The translations under genes were made by a program, and so were the position numbers. Below are positions 12,276 to 26,300 of a DNA stretch of 64,000 nt, one piece after another. Source of the DNA: Mobula hypostoma. Its lineage: Eukaryota. Positions within the stretch are counted from its first letter, which is position 1. Every line of letters begins with the position of its first letter. The notes under the pieces were generated by a model. That model searched no databases, was not told the DNA's origin, and was given only the letters and a program-made list of their open reading frames with translations. Where the stretch lies: NCBI RefSeq assembly GCF_963921235.1, contig NC_086097.1, forward strand, positions 96,536,001-96,600,000. Reading direction: 5' to 3'.

Positions 12276-13594
12276 ATGTACAAATCAGGAGTGGATCTTC
12301 AGTTCATTTACTTTCTATATGTAAGACTAGCACTGTGGACAGTCTGGCATATATTTAAAACAAAAATCATACATATAAAAAAAATTCAATTACATAATAT
12401 GCCCTGTGCACATATCCAAAGTCAATGTTATGCCTTGGTGGCAAACTGGAAACCTGTCCCTACATTTATCAAAGCAAGACTTTTAACTGTCTATATTTAT
12501 TGTGAATCACAGTTGACCTGGGTTCAAACATGAGTGTAAGAAATACTTTTCTACTTGTTATCTGTATTCCCTTCCTGCAGATATTGACACAATTGCTAGC
12601 ACAAATTTCCTAAGCACCTTGCCAAAACTGACACTGATCATATCAGCATTTGGTTCATCAAAAAGTCATTGGTCTGTGTTCCAAACTGAAACCAAAGCTA
12701 GATTTCTTCTGCTAATTGTTCTGTCCCTAACCTCTAAACTAACTGAGATTAATAACCACTACTCAGGCCAGATAGAGAACCTGGAACTTAAGTAATACTT
12801 ATGGCTTTAAACCAGGTTACATAATGATTTATGACTAATGATTTAGAGTCTGAGCTGACTGTAAGCTTTAAGACATTTCAGTAGCTCTTGCAGCACTGTG
12901 TTAATTCAATACGTTAAAACTACATCAGTAACAAAGTAATTTGATCAGATTTTAGCAATTAATGAACAGCAATCTAAACATTGTTTATCATTTAAATCAC
13001 TTCAGTATTAGCTAAGCTAAATGCTTCTATGTGGTAACCAACTTTAAAAAACATTTAAATCAGCGGTTAATCACTTTCATGATGTGAACAAAAGGCCAAG
13101 TATTAGTTCATCTTACTCACTGCATAACCCTTAAACGCAAACTCTCACAAGAATCTAATTCAGACAATAAGTAGTAAAACCATCACTCAGAAGACTGCAA
13201 ATTCAAAATAAGTAACAGGATGGCAGAGGGGTGCGAGTGGGGTTGTGGGTACATCTATCCATGTGCACTGCATGTTACTCTCATAAATAATGGAAATGTT
13301 CTGCCAATGTGAAAATAATTGACTCCATAATGAAAGACATCAGTAAAATCATAACTAGTTATTTGCACACTATTGATGGATTAATACCAGAAATATTGCT
13401 GCTGTGAGCTACAGGTAGTAATAGAAAAAGAACCAGAGAATGAAAGATATTGACACAATCCAGAGGGGTGTTAACAGCAAGGTATTGTTATGATGTAGTA
13501 GATGCCATTGCAGCCCATGAAGTTGATGTCAACTTGCAGAGCAATCACATCATCCTGCAACCTATTTTTACCAAGAGTCCCAGCAACTCCCTCC

Positions 13595-13805
13595 ACATCT
13601 CAGCAGCCACTTACACACTAGGGGCAATTTACCATGAGCAATTAACCTAACAACTTGCAAGCCTTTGGGATGTGGGAGGAAACCACAGGACCAAGTAGAA
13701 ATCCATAGTCAAAGGGAGCATGCGCAAATCCCACACATAATACTGAAGATCACGATTGAACCCCAGTCACTAAAGCTGTGTTGAAGCAAGTTGTACTGCT
13801 GTGTA
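13595..13805 (-). mobile_element. V-SINE (HE1-like), degenerate
   Basis: Reverse complement contains GGTTTCCTCCCACATCCCAAAG..GTTAGGTTAATTG, the V-SINE central domain. Confidence 0.65.
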
Positions 13806-14207
13806 ATCTTAAATGGGGGGGGGGGGTGGAGAGTGAAAAACAGAGGGGATAGGATCACAACTTTTTTTTAAATGTTGCCTGTTTAAAATGTAGAGGTGAC
13901 AGTTTGCAACTTATACCAGGTATTTATTTCCTTCTCACTCAAATGGTTAGACACTTTCTCAAAGGGCGGTAGAAGTGGTGTCATTGAATATACTTAGTAC
14001 AGGTTCAAATGGAAATTAAGCAAAGGGGGTGAACATTACCAGGGTAGGCAGTAATGTTCTTAAGTTACATCCATATCAGCCACGCCCTATTAAACATCAT
14101 GCAAGCAAAAGAGGCTGACATAATCTCTGAATTCAAATGTTCTGCTGCAGAACACTATAAAAAAAACTGCCTGGAATTTCACAGGAGCTTTCTCAAAATG
14201 ACCCAAA

Positions 14208-14595
14208 TAGATTAGATTTAGATTAGATTAGATTCAACTTTATTGTCATTGTGCCAAGTACAGATACAAAGCCAAAGAAATGCAATTAGCATCTAACCAG
14301 AAGTGCAAAAGAATAGTGTTATTTGCAAAATAACTGCGAATAAAAAATAAGTGCTACAGCATACAAATATAAAAGTACTGAGACAGTACAATATGGGTGC
14401 AGTACTGCTTAGCGCTGTGATGTGAGGTTCAGCAGGATCACAGCCTCAGGAAAGAAGCTCTTCCTGAGGCTGCTGGTGCAGGAGTGGAGGCTCCTGTAGC
14501 GCCTACCAGATGGGAGGAGAGTTAAAAAGTCCATAGTTAGGGTGAGATGCACCCTTGATAATGCTTTTCGCCCTGCCCAGCCAGCATTTATGGTA
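14208..14595 (-). mobile_element. Rex1/Babar-like LINE 3' end (continues at about 15600-15640)
   Basis: LLPSGRRYRSL..RLRKSFFPEAVILLN on the minus strand; (TAGAT)n tail at 14208-14234. Confidence 0.8.
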
Positions 14596-15590
14596 ACACA
14601 AGGAAATCTGCAGATGCTGGAAATTCAAGCAACACACAGAAAAACTGCTGGTGAAACGCAGCAGGCCAGGCAGCATCTATAGGAAGAGGTACAGTCGACA
14701 TTTTGGGCTGAGACCCTTCGTTAGGACTAACTGAAAGAAGAGATAGTAAGAGATTTGAAAGTGGGAGGGGCAGGGGGAGATCCGAAATGATAGGAGAAGA
14801 CAGGAGGGGGAAGGATGGAGCTAAGAGCTTAGGAAGTTGATTGGCAAAAGGGATACGAGGCTAGAGAAGGAAGAGGATCATGGGACGGGAGGCTGAGGGA
14901 GAAAGGCGGCGGGGGGGGCCTTCTATATATTGGTGAGACCCAACACAGGCTGGGAGACTGTTTCGCTGAACACCTACGCTCAGTCCGCCAGAGAAAGCAG
15001 GATTTCCCAGTGGCCACACATTTTAATTCCACATCCCATTCCCACTTTGATATGTCTATCCACGGCCTCCTCTACTGTCAAGATGAAGCCACACTCATGT
15101 TGGAGGAACAACACCTTATATTCCGTCTGGGTAGCCTCCAAACTGATGGCATGAACACTGACTTCTCTAACTTCTGTTAATGCCCCACCTCCCCTTCATA
15201 CCCCATCCCTTATTTATTTATTATTAATTTTTTTTCTTTCCCCCCTTTTTCCCTCTCTTTTTTCTCCCTCTGTCTCTCTCACTATAACTCCTTGCCCATC
15301 CTCTGGGTCTCCCCCCCTCCATTTCTTTCTCCCTAGGCCTCCCATCCTATGATCTTCTCCCTTCTCTAGCCTCGTATCCCTTTTGCCAATCAACTTTCCA
15401 GTTCTTAGCTCCATCCCTCCCCCTCCTGTCTTCTTCTATCATTTCGGATCTCCCCCTCCCCCTCTCAAATCTCTTACTATCTTTTCTTTCAGTTAGTCCT
15501 GACGAAGGGTCTCAGCCTGAAATGTCGATTGTACCTCTTCCTATAGATGCTGCCTGGCCTGCTGCGTTCCACCAGCACTTTTTGTGAGTG
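14596..15590. mobile_element. Neptune-like Penelope element in inverted (tail-to-tail) configuration
   Basis: Minus-strand terminal repeat (14596 to about 14915) joined to a plus-strand GIY-YIG C-terminus (LLYIGETQHRLGDCFAEHLRS..PVATHFN) and terminal repeat; TSD TTTATGGTA at 14587-14595 and 15591-15599. Confidence 0.88.
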
Positions 15591-15661
15591 TTTATGGTAG
15601 ATGTTCTCAATGGTGGGCAATTGGGTGCCGATAATCCGCTAGGAATACCCCTATATTCACT

Positions 15662-15862
15662 CACAACACGCTGGAGGAACTCAGCAGGTCGGGCAGCATC
15701 CATGGAAAAGATCGGTCGACGTTTCGGGCCGGAACCAAAGAGTTCCGGCCCGAAATGTCGACCGATCTTTTCCACGGATGCTGCCCGACCTGGTGAGTTC
15801 CTCCAGCATGTTGTGAGTGTTGCTTTGATCCCAGCATCTGCAGATTATTTTGTGTTTACAAT
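15662..15862. mobile_element. Fold-back (hairpin) Penelope mini-element
   Basis: Near-perfect inverted arms of about 75 nt around the loop CAAAGA, one-sided tail; 14-bp TSD CCCCTATATTCACT at 15648-15661 and 15863-15876. Confidence 0.9.
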
Positions 15863-16964
15863 CCCCTATATTCACTAGTGGAAAATTGTGGCATGTACAA
15901 TTTGAAGTCCATAACAATAGGCTCATCATAAACATTAAAATCAACCAAAGGGATAGCATAGCAGCAGTCCCTTCCCACCCCATTACCATCCCAGAGGCCC
16001 CAAAATGCATATATACATATCAAATGGTCAAAATCTAATACCTGCAATTATAGTGAGGAAGACTGTTTAAAAACCAAAATGGTGCACAGAGTATATGATA
16101 TTACAGTCTGGAATCTTGCCAAAAACAATCTAGAGCCTTGCATTGTTCCTATCAATGGAAAGATCTCTGACTTTGGTGGATGGACACAAGATGATTATTT
16201 TTGCCTTCTACCTTATTCAAGATCTTTCCTTAGTAGTTTCCCCATCTCTACCAACCATAACCTCCTCAACTGCCTGTACTCAAATACTTCCACCAACTCT
16301 ACTTAGTAGAAAATACTTAGCCTTCAAGTTAAAATTCTAATATTTTTGGATTCTGATGAAAAGTTATTGACCAGAATAATGCCTTACTCTCCCCAGAGTT
16401 TCCTAACCTTGGGTAGGGATACTTGTTAAGAGATCGAATCATCCAAACTTCTGACTTCATCACCTGACAAGGATTCCTGATGATGTCTTTGAAATAATGC
16501 TTAGTCTATTTCTTAAAATAAAGTCTAATTCTCTACCCTGATACCCACAAGTGCTGAAGAATCTACAGGTGAATCTCAATTCAAAGGCTGTCTATTTCTA
16601 CGTTTCCTTCCAATGCTCCTTGGAAGAAATAATCGCTTACTATTAAACTTGTGAATCATCTCATTTCATTCACCCTTTCCTCATTTCCATTCTTAGTGTT
16701 GCTCATTTACCTCAGCAAGACCTTCCTGTTCTAACTCCATATACCTCCATTCTCCTAATATCCAAAAACGCATCGATCTTATTTTGGACATATTTAACAA
16801 TTAACCTTACACAAATCATTTGGGTTGAAGAAGTTCCTTCTTAAGGTGTTTGTCATTTAACACAGAGTTATTTGAGTTTGTGACCCCTGTTTGATCCACT
16901 TCAGACAAGAGAAACATTATCCCTGCATCAATATTACTGGAAATACTCAGCAAGTCAGACATCA

Positions 16965-17580
16965 GTGTTGTGGACTTCAGAAAGGGTAAGATGAGGGAAG
17001 ACGAGGGAAGACATACCAGTCCTCAGAGGGGTCAGAAGTGGAGAAAGTGAGCAATTTCAAGTTCCTGGGTGTTAATATCTCTGAGGACCTTACCTGGTCC
17101 TAAAATATCAATGCAGCAATAAAGAAGGCAAAATAGCAGCTATATTGCAGTGGGAGCTTGAGGAGATTTGGTATTTCACCTAAGACATTTGCAAATTTCT
17201 GTCGATGTACTGTGGAAAGCATTCTAACTAGCTGCATCACCATTTGGTATGAAGAGGCTACTGCACAGGATCGAAGTAAGCTGCAGGAGTTGTAAAATTA
17301 GTCAGCTCCATCATGAACACTAGCCTCCATAATATCCAAGACATCTTCAAGGAGCGGTGCCTCAAAAAGGCGGCATCCATTATTACGGACCCCTCTGACC
17401 AGGACATGCCCTCTTCTCTTTGTTACCATCAGGAAGGAGGTACAGAAATCTGAAGGCACACACTCAACGATTCAGAAACAGTTTCTTCCCTTCTGACATC
17501 CAATTTCTGAATGGACATTGAACCCATGAACAGTACCCTCACTACTGTTTCTTTACTTCTGCTTTTGCACTACTTACTTT
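16965..17580 (+). mobile_element. Rex1/Babar-like LINE 3' fragment
   Basis: FKFLGVNISEDLTW, RCTVESILTSCITIWY and LPSGRRYRNLKAHTQRFRNSFFP. Confidence 0.85.
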
Positions 17581-17855
17581 AAAAAAAAGTCAATGGGTTC
17601 TAATGAAAGCTCATTGAACTGAAACATTTTTTTTTCCTTTCTTAACCAGCTAAATATTTTCACTCTCTTCTGCTTTTACAAATAGCCCACTAGTACTCAG
17701 GCTGAAAATAAAGCAGTGTAAACGTTATTATAATGGTCACATACACCTAACAGTATGAAATAATATTACTGAATAATTTTGTATTTCTCAGTCCATAAAC
17801 TTGAAATGCACATAGGCGCACATTTGATCACAATTCAGTGTAATACTTCACTCAC

Positions 17856-17999
17856 CCTTCTTCACTCTCTGTTTCAGCATTGCTCTTAGTCCTAGTGTTG
17901 GCTGTGAAATAGATGGAATTTGATTGAACAGAATTACTTCTTTCTCTGCTAGATCCTGTTTTCTTCGCTGGTACTTTATGGTATCGCTCTAAACTTGAC
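17856..17999 (-). CDS. RMDN3: RMDN3 (PTPIP51) coding exon 3, containing the FFAT-like motif
   Basis: 144 nt, acceptor ACAAAG| and donor |GTGAGT, phase 2 to phase 2; translates (R)SSLERYHKVPAKKTGSSRERSNSVQSNSIYFTANTRTKSNAETESEE(G), matching mammalian [30 protein letters not shown]. Confidence 0.93.
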
Positions 18000-18558
18000 C
18001 TTTGTTAAAAAGAACTTATCTTAGTGCATAATGTTCTTCTTACACACTATCTTACATAAGAGCCTGCATAGTACTAGAAAGGAAACTTCCTATCTTAGTC
18101 TGGAGAGTCTTAACTTCCTAATGAAGACAAGTTGCTCATTAGAACCTTGATAAAAGACTATGGAGACTTTGTTAGAAGTAGCTTTCATTTAATTAAGCCA
18201 TAGCAACTAAAATGTTGAATATTCTTCTTTAAAACTAACTTGTAGTTTTGGAAAAGGTAGTAAAGCAACATTAAACTGCATGACACCCATCAACCTGATT
18301 TTTTTTTAAATTGCCAGTTATTTAATATTTCATGTTGGAAATACTTGAGTGTTTAAATTCATAAGAATATTTCTGTCAAATGTTTTAAAAGGAACCTAAA
18401 ATACTATTCCTTCTTGCACTCTGAATTTATGAAACAGTGTGACACAGTGGCCAGGTTTGAAGCACTCTAAACAGTACACTTAATTTTGTTCTATGTTTGG
18501 ATATTGCCAACACCCATTGTGTTTGAAATGTAGAAGCAAACCATTGCAAAGATAGCTC

Positions 18559-18757
18559 AACACATTAAAAACTGGAGGAACTCAGCAGGTTAGGCAGCAT
18601 TTAATAAGGTAAGTGGACAGTCAACTGGTCCACGTGAAAGATCTTGACCTGAAATGTCGGTTTCCTATTTCACTCCATTGATGCTGCCTGACCTGCTGAG
18701 TTCCTCCAGCACTTTGAGCGTTGCTCCAGATCTCAGCATCTGCAAGTCTTGTGTCTC
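18559..18757. mobile_element. Older, diverged fold-back Penelope mini-element
   Basis: CTGGAGGAACTCAGCAGGTTAGGCAGCAT ... ATGCTGCCTGACCTGCTGAGTTCCTCCAG inverted arms plus a CAGCATCTGCA tail. Confidence 0.75.
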
Positions 18758-19579
18758 TTTTGCTAATTGCTGCCCATTTATAAAAACAACACAAAGAAAA
18801 TGGGCTAGATACAGGCAAGGCACAGAATTAACCTCAGCAACACAGCATAAAACATCAGGAGTAGGTTAAATGCATCATAAGCTTGAAACATAATCTGCAA
18901 TGAAACATTTAATTTTAAAATTACATTAGTTAGACAAATTAATCTAATAAAGATCTGAAAATGAGCAAAACACTGCATGTGAAGTTGGAAGAGGAAAAAG
19001 TAGTAGTGTTGGCAGAAAGATGTGGATAGCAGGCAGTTGAACTTTAAAATACAAACCTTATGTATTCATAACCAGTTTGCAGGACAAAATCTTGGAAATA
19101 CTTTTGACAGCAGTGGCTGATCTCAGCAATCAAATATCCACTTGGAAACTGATTTTTGGTTAGTGGAACTTATAATTTGTACATCAATGTCAGACAAGTG
19201 AAAGAAGCAATTGTTATCCCCAAGTTACAGAGAATGACCCTGCTTGGAACACTCTTCTCTTACCGATTCCAGACAGATCCCAAATTGCTTTCTCTTAATT
19301 TCCACAATCTGTATCCAATCTCTAGTTCAAAACACAAGGGAGCCTGTCACTGGCAATATGTGAAAATGCAGCTGTGCAAACCAGATGCCAGCAGAATCCT
19401 TCACCTGATTTAGTTATTGAAAGAAGGGATAATTCAAATGTGTTATTTAAACCATCTACTTAAAGATGCACCCCATCCCATTTTTTTTATTAAGATGCTG
19501 TGTTGATAAATGAATGTGGATGTTAAATGTACTTGCAAGAATGAGAAACCGAAAGGAATAAGTATTAGTCCAAAAAAAA

Positions 19580-20075
19580 ACTGTATTAAAGGAGTTGGTG
19601 AGCTTGAAAGCTGAAATGTTTGAAGAATCCAATCATTTTATTGAGGGTGTTAAAAAGAATGATTTTAGAGATAGTGGATGCGCTGGTTATCTGCAATTGT
19701 TCCTGTGGATTGGACAAGAGCAAATATGATCCTACTATTTAAGAAAGGAGGGAGGGAGGAAATAAGGACTTAGCAACCTGTCAGTTTACTGTTAGTAGTA
19801 GGGAAAATCCATTAATCTATAATGAAGGAAGGAATGATAGAACACTTTGAAAAGAATAACAGAATTGTGCAGAATCAACATGGACCTATAAAAGGAAAAT
19901 TGTGTCTGAGTAACCTACTAGAATAGATAAGAGGGAACCAATGGATGTCATGTATTTGGGTACTGGAGGGCTTTGTACAAGGTGTTACAGGGGAAATTAG
20001 TTCACAAGGTTAGAGCACATGAAAGATGGAGCAATGTACTGACACAGACTGAAAATTGGTCATCAGACAGAAAGC
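19580..20075 (+). mobile_element. Old CR1 RT fragment
   Basis: PIFKKGGR-like and QNQHG..KGKLCLSNLLE sequence; heavily degenerate. Confidence 0.65.
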
Positions 20076-20439
20076 CGGAAGTTTCTTTTGAGCAGCGGCC
20101 AATCGGAGATCTGAAGCATGAGAAGATGTAGCTCACTCAGGTTTGCCGAATGAGTACATAAGGCATAGACTCATAGTAGCTTGGCATTTTGAACAGTGGA
20201 CAATCAACAATTGGGATTAATTGGCAAGAACAAATTAAAATAAGGCAAGGGCAAGCAGAACAGCCATCTTTGGAGCGGACAGATTTAGAGTTGAGATTTT
20301 GAGGCTTTAGCTCTTCAAGGAGGAGGCTTGTATGAAAAAAAAAGTTGTAGGTAGATTCTTCCCAACCACCCCCCACCCCCACACACACACAGTTTATTTA
20401 TTGTTTTCCTTCTGCTACTCCCATACTATAAAAAGACTA

Positions 20440-22322
20440 GATGGGATTAACTTTGTCAAATGTGTTCAGGAAAGTTTCCCTCATCAGTACGTAGAAATCC
20501 TGACGGGAAAGTGGGCGATACTTAATCTCCTATTTGGGAATGAGAAAGGGCAGGTGACAGAAGTTTGTGTAGGGGAACACTTTATATCCAATGATCATAA
20601 TGCCATTGATTTTAAAGTAAATATGGAAAAAGGTAGGTCTGGTCCTTGGGTTGGGATTCCAAATTGGTCAATTTTGATGGTATCTGAAAGGATAGGCTGT
20701 TTTCTGGCAAAGTTATACATGATAAGTGGGAGGCCCTCAGAAGTGAAACTGAGAGTACAAAGGTTGTATGTGCCTGTCAGAATAAAACAAAGATAACAGG
20801 TTTAGGGAACCTTGGTTTTCAAGATATATTGAGCCCCCAGTTAAGAAAAAAAGAGGTGCATAGCAGGTATAGGCAGGTAGGAACAAATGAGGTACTTAAG
20901 GAGTATAAGAAATGCAAAAGAATACTTAAGAAATAAATCAGGAGGGCTAAAAGAAGGCACAAGGTTGCCTTAGCACATAAGGTGAAGGAGAATCCTATGG
21001 GATTCTATTGATATGTTAAGAGCAAAAAGATTGCAAGGGAGAAAATTGGTCCTCTGGAAGAGTAGAATGGTAATCTATGTGCTGAACCAAAAGAGATGGA
21101 GGAGATCTTGAATTGATTTTTCTCTATTTACACAGGAGAAAGACACAGAGTCTATAGAAATGAGGCAAAGCAGCATCAACTTCATCGACCTTATACAGAT
21201 TACAGAGGAGGAGGTGTTTACTGTCTTGTGGCAAGTATGGGTGGATAAATTCCCAGGGCCTGACAAAGTGTTCCCCTGAACCTTGTGGGAAGCAAGTGCA
21301 GAAATTGGAGGGAACCCAGCAGAGGCTAATGTTCTGCTGTTTAAGAAAGGGTCTAAAAATAAACCAGGAAATTATAGACTGGTGAACCTGACTTCAGTAG
21401 TGGGAAAGTTAATGGAAGGTATCCTAAGGGACCAGATTTATGAGTATTTCAATAGACATGGACTGATTAGGGATAGTCAGCATGACTTTGTGTGTGTAGG
21501 TCATGTCTAACCAATCTTATAGAGGTTTTTCAAGGAAATTACCAGAAAAGTGGATGAAAGTACGGCAGTGGATGTTGTCTATGCAGACTTTAGCAAGGTA
21601 TTTGACAAGGTTCACTCTGAGGAGTGCTGTAGAACAAAGGGATCTGGGAATATAGGTTCATAATTCATTGAAGTAGTGTCACAGGTAGATAGGATCATAA
21701 TTAAAGCTTTTGGCACATTGGCCTTCATAAATCAATGTATTGAGTACAGGAGATGGAATGCTATGTTGAAGTTGTATAGGATGTTGGTAAGGCCTAACTT
21801 GGAGTATTGTGTGCAGTTTTAGTTACCAACCGACAGGAAAGATTCAAATAAGGTTGAAAGATCACTGAGAAAATTTACTAGGTTGTTGCTGGGACTGGAG
21901 GATCTGAGTTATATGGAAAGATGGAATAGGTTAGGACTTTCTTGGAACATAGAAGATTAAGGGGAGATTTGATAAGGTATACAAAATGAGGGATAAAGAG
22001 AGGCAGGCTTTTTGCACTGAGGTTGGGTGGCACTACAACTAGAGATCATGGGTTAAGGGTGAAAGGTGGAATGTTTAAGCGGAATATGAGGGGAAGTCTT
22101 TTCACTCAGAGGCTCATGAGAGTGTGGAACCGAGCTACCGGCGCAAGTGGTGCATTCAACCTCAACTTCAATGTTTAAGAGAGATTGGATAGATACATTG
22201 ATAGTAGGGGTTTGGAGGAATATGGTCCCAATGCAGATCGATGGGAGTAGGCAGTTTAAATGGTTAGGCAAGGACTAGATTAGTCAAAGGGCCCGTTTCT
22301 GTGCTGTACTCTTCTATGACTC
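20440..22322 (+). mobile_element. CR1 LINE (late endonuclease, RT, 3' UTR) with an internal deletion near 21615
   Basis: FVKCVQESF..LLFGNEKGQV, FKKGSKNKPGNYRLVNLTSVVGK, DFSKVFDKV jumping to LRSAVEQRDLG, LVRPNLEYCVQF; CTATGACTCTA tail. Confidence 0.88.
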
Positions 22323-22569
22323 TAAGAGTGGGATTACACAGATATTTCTTAAGGTGGCAGGATTACTAACTAGTGGGATATGGTTAGTAATAACCATCAG
22401 TGTTTGGGCCCCAACCTTTCACAATCATAATCAATCATTTGGCTGAGGGGAAGAAACATCAGATTTCCAAGTACCCCAACAATAATAAACTAGATGGAAT
22501 GAAAGTATAGAGGAAGACGTAAAGGAGTTGTGGACGAACTAAGTGAGTGGACAAGGAGGAAATAAATTC

Positions 22570-23720
22570 TTACGTTCACCATCATGAAGTGCTTCAAGAG
22601 CTGGTCATGCCTAGACAACTTCAGCCCACTGCAATTTACATACCACCAAAACAGGTTATGGCAGATGCCTTGGCTTTACACCCATCTCGTGCATTTGGAT
22701 TGTAAAGACACTTAGGTTAGATTATTGTTTATTAAATACAGTTCTGCCTTTAATACTATAACACCAAACTCAGTTGTGTGAATCAACACCTCCCTCTGCA
22801 ACTGGATCCTTAACTTCCTGAGCATTAAGTAAGGATAGACAGCAACACCTTGGGCAATTATTATGAACACTGGCATTCCACAAGGTTATGTCCTCATCTC
22901 TTTACTTTACTCATTATACACTCACAATTGTGTGGCCATATTCTGTTCTAACTCCATTCACAAGTTTGCATATGATACCATCATAATGGACCACATCTCA
23001 GATACTGATAAGTCAGAGTACATGAAAGAGCTGAGAGCTTTGCAACATGATGGCATGACAGTTTCCTTCAGTGTCAGCAGAAAAAAAAGATGCTAATTAA
23101 CTTCAGAAAGGGGAGCATTGTGGATCTCCTGTCTATCTCAATGGTGTTGAGGTTGAGAGGGTCAAGAACTTCAAGAAATAGGAAAACTCGCAAATGCCTT
23201 TAATTTCTCAAAAGTTAAAAGAAATTTGGTACATCTCAGTTGACAATTACTAATTTTTATAGAAAACATTCTATCTGTTTGCATTATGGATTGGTATGGC
23301 AACTGTTCTGCACATGACTGCAAGAAACCATAGGGACTTACGGACACAGCTCAGTACATCGCAGAAACCAGCCTCCTTTCCATGGACTCTATTCTTCTTG
23401 CTGTCTCAGAAAAGCAGCCAGCATAATCAAAGATTTGACCCACACCGGACTTACTCTCTCTTCCACTCTTCCATCAGGTAGAAGATACAAAGACCTGAAA
23501 GCTCAAACCTCCAAGCTCAAGGACAGTGTCTCGCTCATTGTTAAAAGACTATTGAATACTTCCCAAGAATAACAAGATGGTCGCTTGACCTCACAACCTG
23601 CCTCATGGTCTTGCAGATAATTGTCTACCTGCACTGCAATTTCTCTGTATTTTGTTACACTTTATTTAGCATTCTATTATTATTTTACTTTATACTACCA
23701 TGATGCACTGTGCAATTCAA
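22570..23720 (+). mobile_element. Rex1/Babar-like LINE RT and 3' end, degenerate
   Basis: TGIPQGYVLISLLYSLYTH..KFAYDT and the LPSGRRY motif. Confidence 0.8.
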
Positions 23721-24675
23721 AGTACATTCATTATCAAAGTATGTATGCAGTTATACCACCCTGAGATGCATCTTGCCACAGACAGCCACAAAACAAATTG
23801 TGCAAATGGCAAAAAAATGAGCGAAAAACACATAATATAAAACATCTCAGTCATTAAAACAGTCTAGGAATGTTCAGTTTAGTTCAATTCACTTCAATTC
23901 AATTCAGTGCTGTGTCGCCTATTGATTGCAGCCCACAGAGCCAGTCTGCCCAACAATATCGTAATAAAAAAGGAGTAACCAGAAACCAGAAAAATCATAA
24001 CATAAGGTCAATTAAAACTTGCCCAAGACTCCAGCACCATTGAGCAAAAGGGAGATAGGGGCCAGTCAAATGCAGACACCTTCCTCTGGGAGCAGCAAAC
24101 AAACCTGGTCAAACACCAGTAGACAGCGCTGAACACCCACTTGCTTTCCGCTCTCGTCCTTATTGATTTCAATCTTGCTCGACACTTTAATCAGCTAGAT
24201 CAGTAAAAAATTAGTCGATCATGGTCTCGCATCGCATCTCCAGGCTTCTTTGCCTCCAGGCCACATACTCTGCTTGAAACCTCACCAACCTCCATCGGAC
24301 ACAGCAAAGCACTAGATTGCTCAATTGGCCCAAAAACACTCCATCAAAATGTAAAGCACAGGTTCCAATAGTAGCAGAATCATATTTTAAAGAAATAGTA
24401 GTAAAAGCACTAGTTTCGTGATCTGTCTGAAGGATGTCACCTTCGGTCACGTTGTGCTATCTTCTTCCAACCTGTATAATTAATTGATCAGTATGAACGA
24501 TATGTAAGACAAGCTTTTCACTGTACATGTGACAGTAATAAACTAATTCCAAACAATTCTAATATGGCTACAATGAAGAACAATTTGAGGTTATCCACTT
24601 TGGTGCATTTAACCGAAAAGCAGATATTTATTATAACACGGGGTTGGATGGTGTTGATATTAAAAGTTCCTCTAA

Positions 24676-24963
24676 GTCTTAGAATTAGAGGGTACCCATT
24701 TAAAACAGAGATGAGGAGAAATTTTTTTAGCCAGAGGGTCGTGGATTTATGGAATTCGTTGCCACATACAGCTGTGGAGGCCCGATCATTGAGGGTGTTT
24801 AAGGAGGAGATTGATAAGTATCTAATTAGTCAGGGTATCAAGGGATATGGGGAAAAAGCTGGAAATTGGAACTAGATGGGAGAATAGCTTAGCTCATGGT
24901 GGAGTGGCGGAGCAGACTCAATGGGCCGAATGGCCTACTTCTGCTCCTTTGTCTTGTGATCTT
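24676..24963 (+). mobile_element. Short, relatively young CR1 3' end
   Basis: LRIRGYPFKTEMRRNFFSQRVVDLWNSLP..KGYGEKAG; (TCTTGTGA)-type tail. Confidence 0.85.
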
Positions 24964-26051
24964 GGTTGATAGAATCCAAGACCTTGACATACAATTTAGC
25001 TTCCATTCCAGGAATATTTTAGGCCTGATAATTTTCTTCTCTATCAGCTGGTCATTCTCATCAATCTAATCTTGTCCTGTTTGATAGAAAAGCCAAGAGT
25101 CCCTTCATAAATTCCAGAACCCATCAAAACTGTTACGATGTATATGTTGCTGGCACCTTTGTAGTCGGTCATTCAGAAGATGTAATTTTATAGACATCAG
25201 ATGTTTGTAGCAGTTGTGTTACCATGTTAGCTTATGTTTGTTCCTTTGACAAACCAAGGCTGATCTCCAAGTATTTTGTAGATAGAGGACTGTGCTGATG
25301 TTAACCTTCTTGACCCTTTATTGCTGATCAATGGCCTCGCTTGCCACCATAGCTTTGAAGTTGCCCAGTTGGATTAATTTGTCTTCCTCTGGGATATGGA
25401 CCACTATCTTTCCAAAGATGAAGTTACTCCATATTGGAGTACCCTAATCCTACAATCATACAATGTTTACAAATTACACAGGGGATTGTTCAGATGTTGT
25501 GCAAACTTATTCTTGTTCAGATGCTATTCAAGTTTCACTCTGAAGACGGTGTTCCTGCTCCAAGTTGTCCTCCTAACGAGAGCATAACCTCTGATTAAAT
25601 TGGACATCTCCTCCTGTCATGTTTTGCTCAGTGTGCCAAAATTGAAGTGTCTGAATTTACAAATGATGATAGCAGAACATATTCAGATCTCTCACTGTTG
25701 GGACTGTGTCATAACATTTCAGGCCGCAAATTTCATTTTGTGGAGTTGAAGTTGCCTGGGCGTGATTTCTCTCAACAGGACCAGCTATTGTGAGACCAAA
25801 CATACACTAGGCAACCTTTTGGCAGAGCACTTGCTCTCAATAAACAACAGCAATCCTGAGCTTCTGGTAGTACATCACTTGACTTCCCTCCCTGTCTTCA
25901 GTTCTTCCACTACCATGGTAAGGCCAAACGTGAACTAGAAGAACATATTCTGCTGGGAAGCCTACAGCCCAACGGGATGAACACTGAATTTTCATGCTCT
26001 CAAGTCCATCCCTTCGTTCACCTTTTTCATTCAGTGAAATGTAAAGAGGAT

Positions 26052-26300
26052 GGCACGGAAGCCTGGCAGTTAAGGTAATGCTATTACAGTGTCAGTGTCC
26101 CTGATTCAGTTCTGTCACTGTCAGTAAGGAGCTTTTATATTCTCCCTATGACAGAGTGGGTTTCCTCTGGATGCATCAATTTCCTCCTGCATTCCAAAGA
26201 AGTCCAGGTTAGTAGGTTAATTGGTCACATGGTTGTAATTGGGCTGCATAAGTTCATTGGGCCAGAAGGTCCTGTTACCATGCTGTATTGCTAAATAAAA
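26052..26300 (+). mobile_element. V-SINE (HE1-like)
   Basis: tRNA-like head (GGCACGG..) and GGGTTTCCTCTGGATGC..TTTCCTCCTGCATTCCAAAGA..GGTTAGTAGGTTAATTGG; GGGCCAGAAGGTCCTGT 3' end with an A-rich tail. Confidence 0.7.

Noticed and set aside
15662..15862. DNA-transposon MITE or microRNA precursor
   Set aside because: The arms derive from the Penelope terminal repeat, the ends are asymmetric and the TSD is 14 bp; no evidence of miRNA processing is available.
1..17855. Downstream RMDN3 exons (TPR domain)
   Set aside because: No convincing match found by eye; probably beyond the left edge, although a divergent exon could have been missed.
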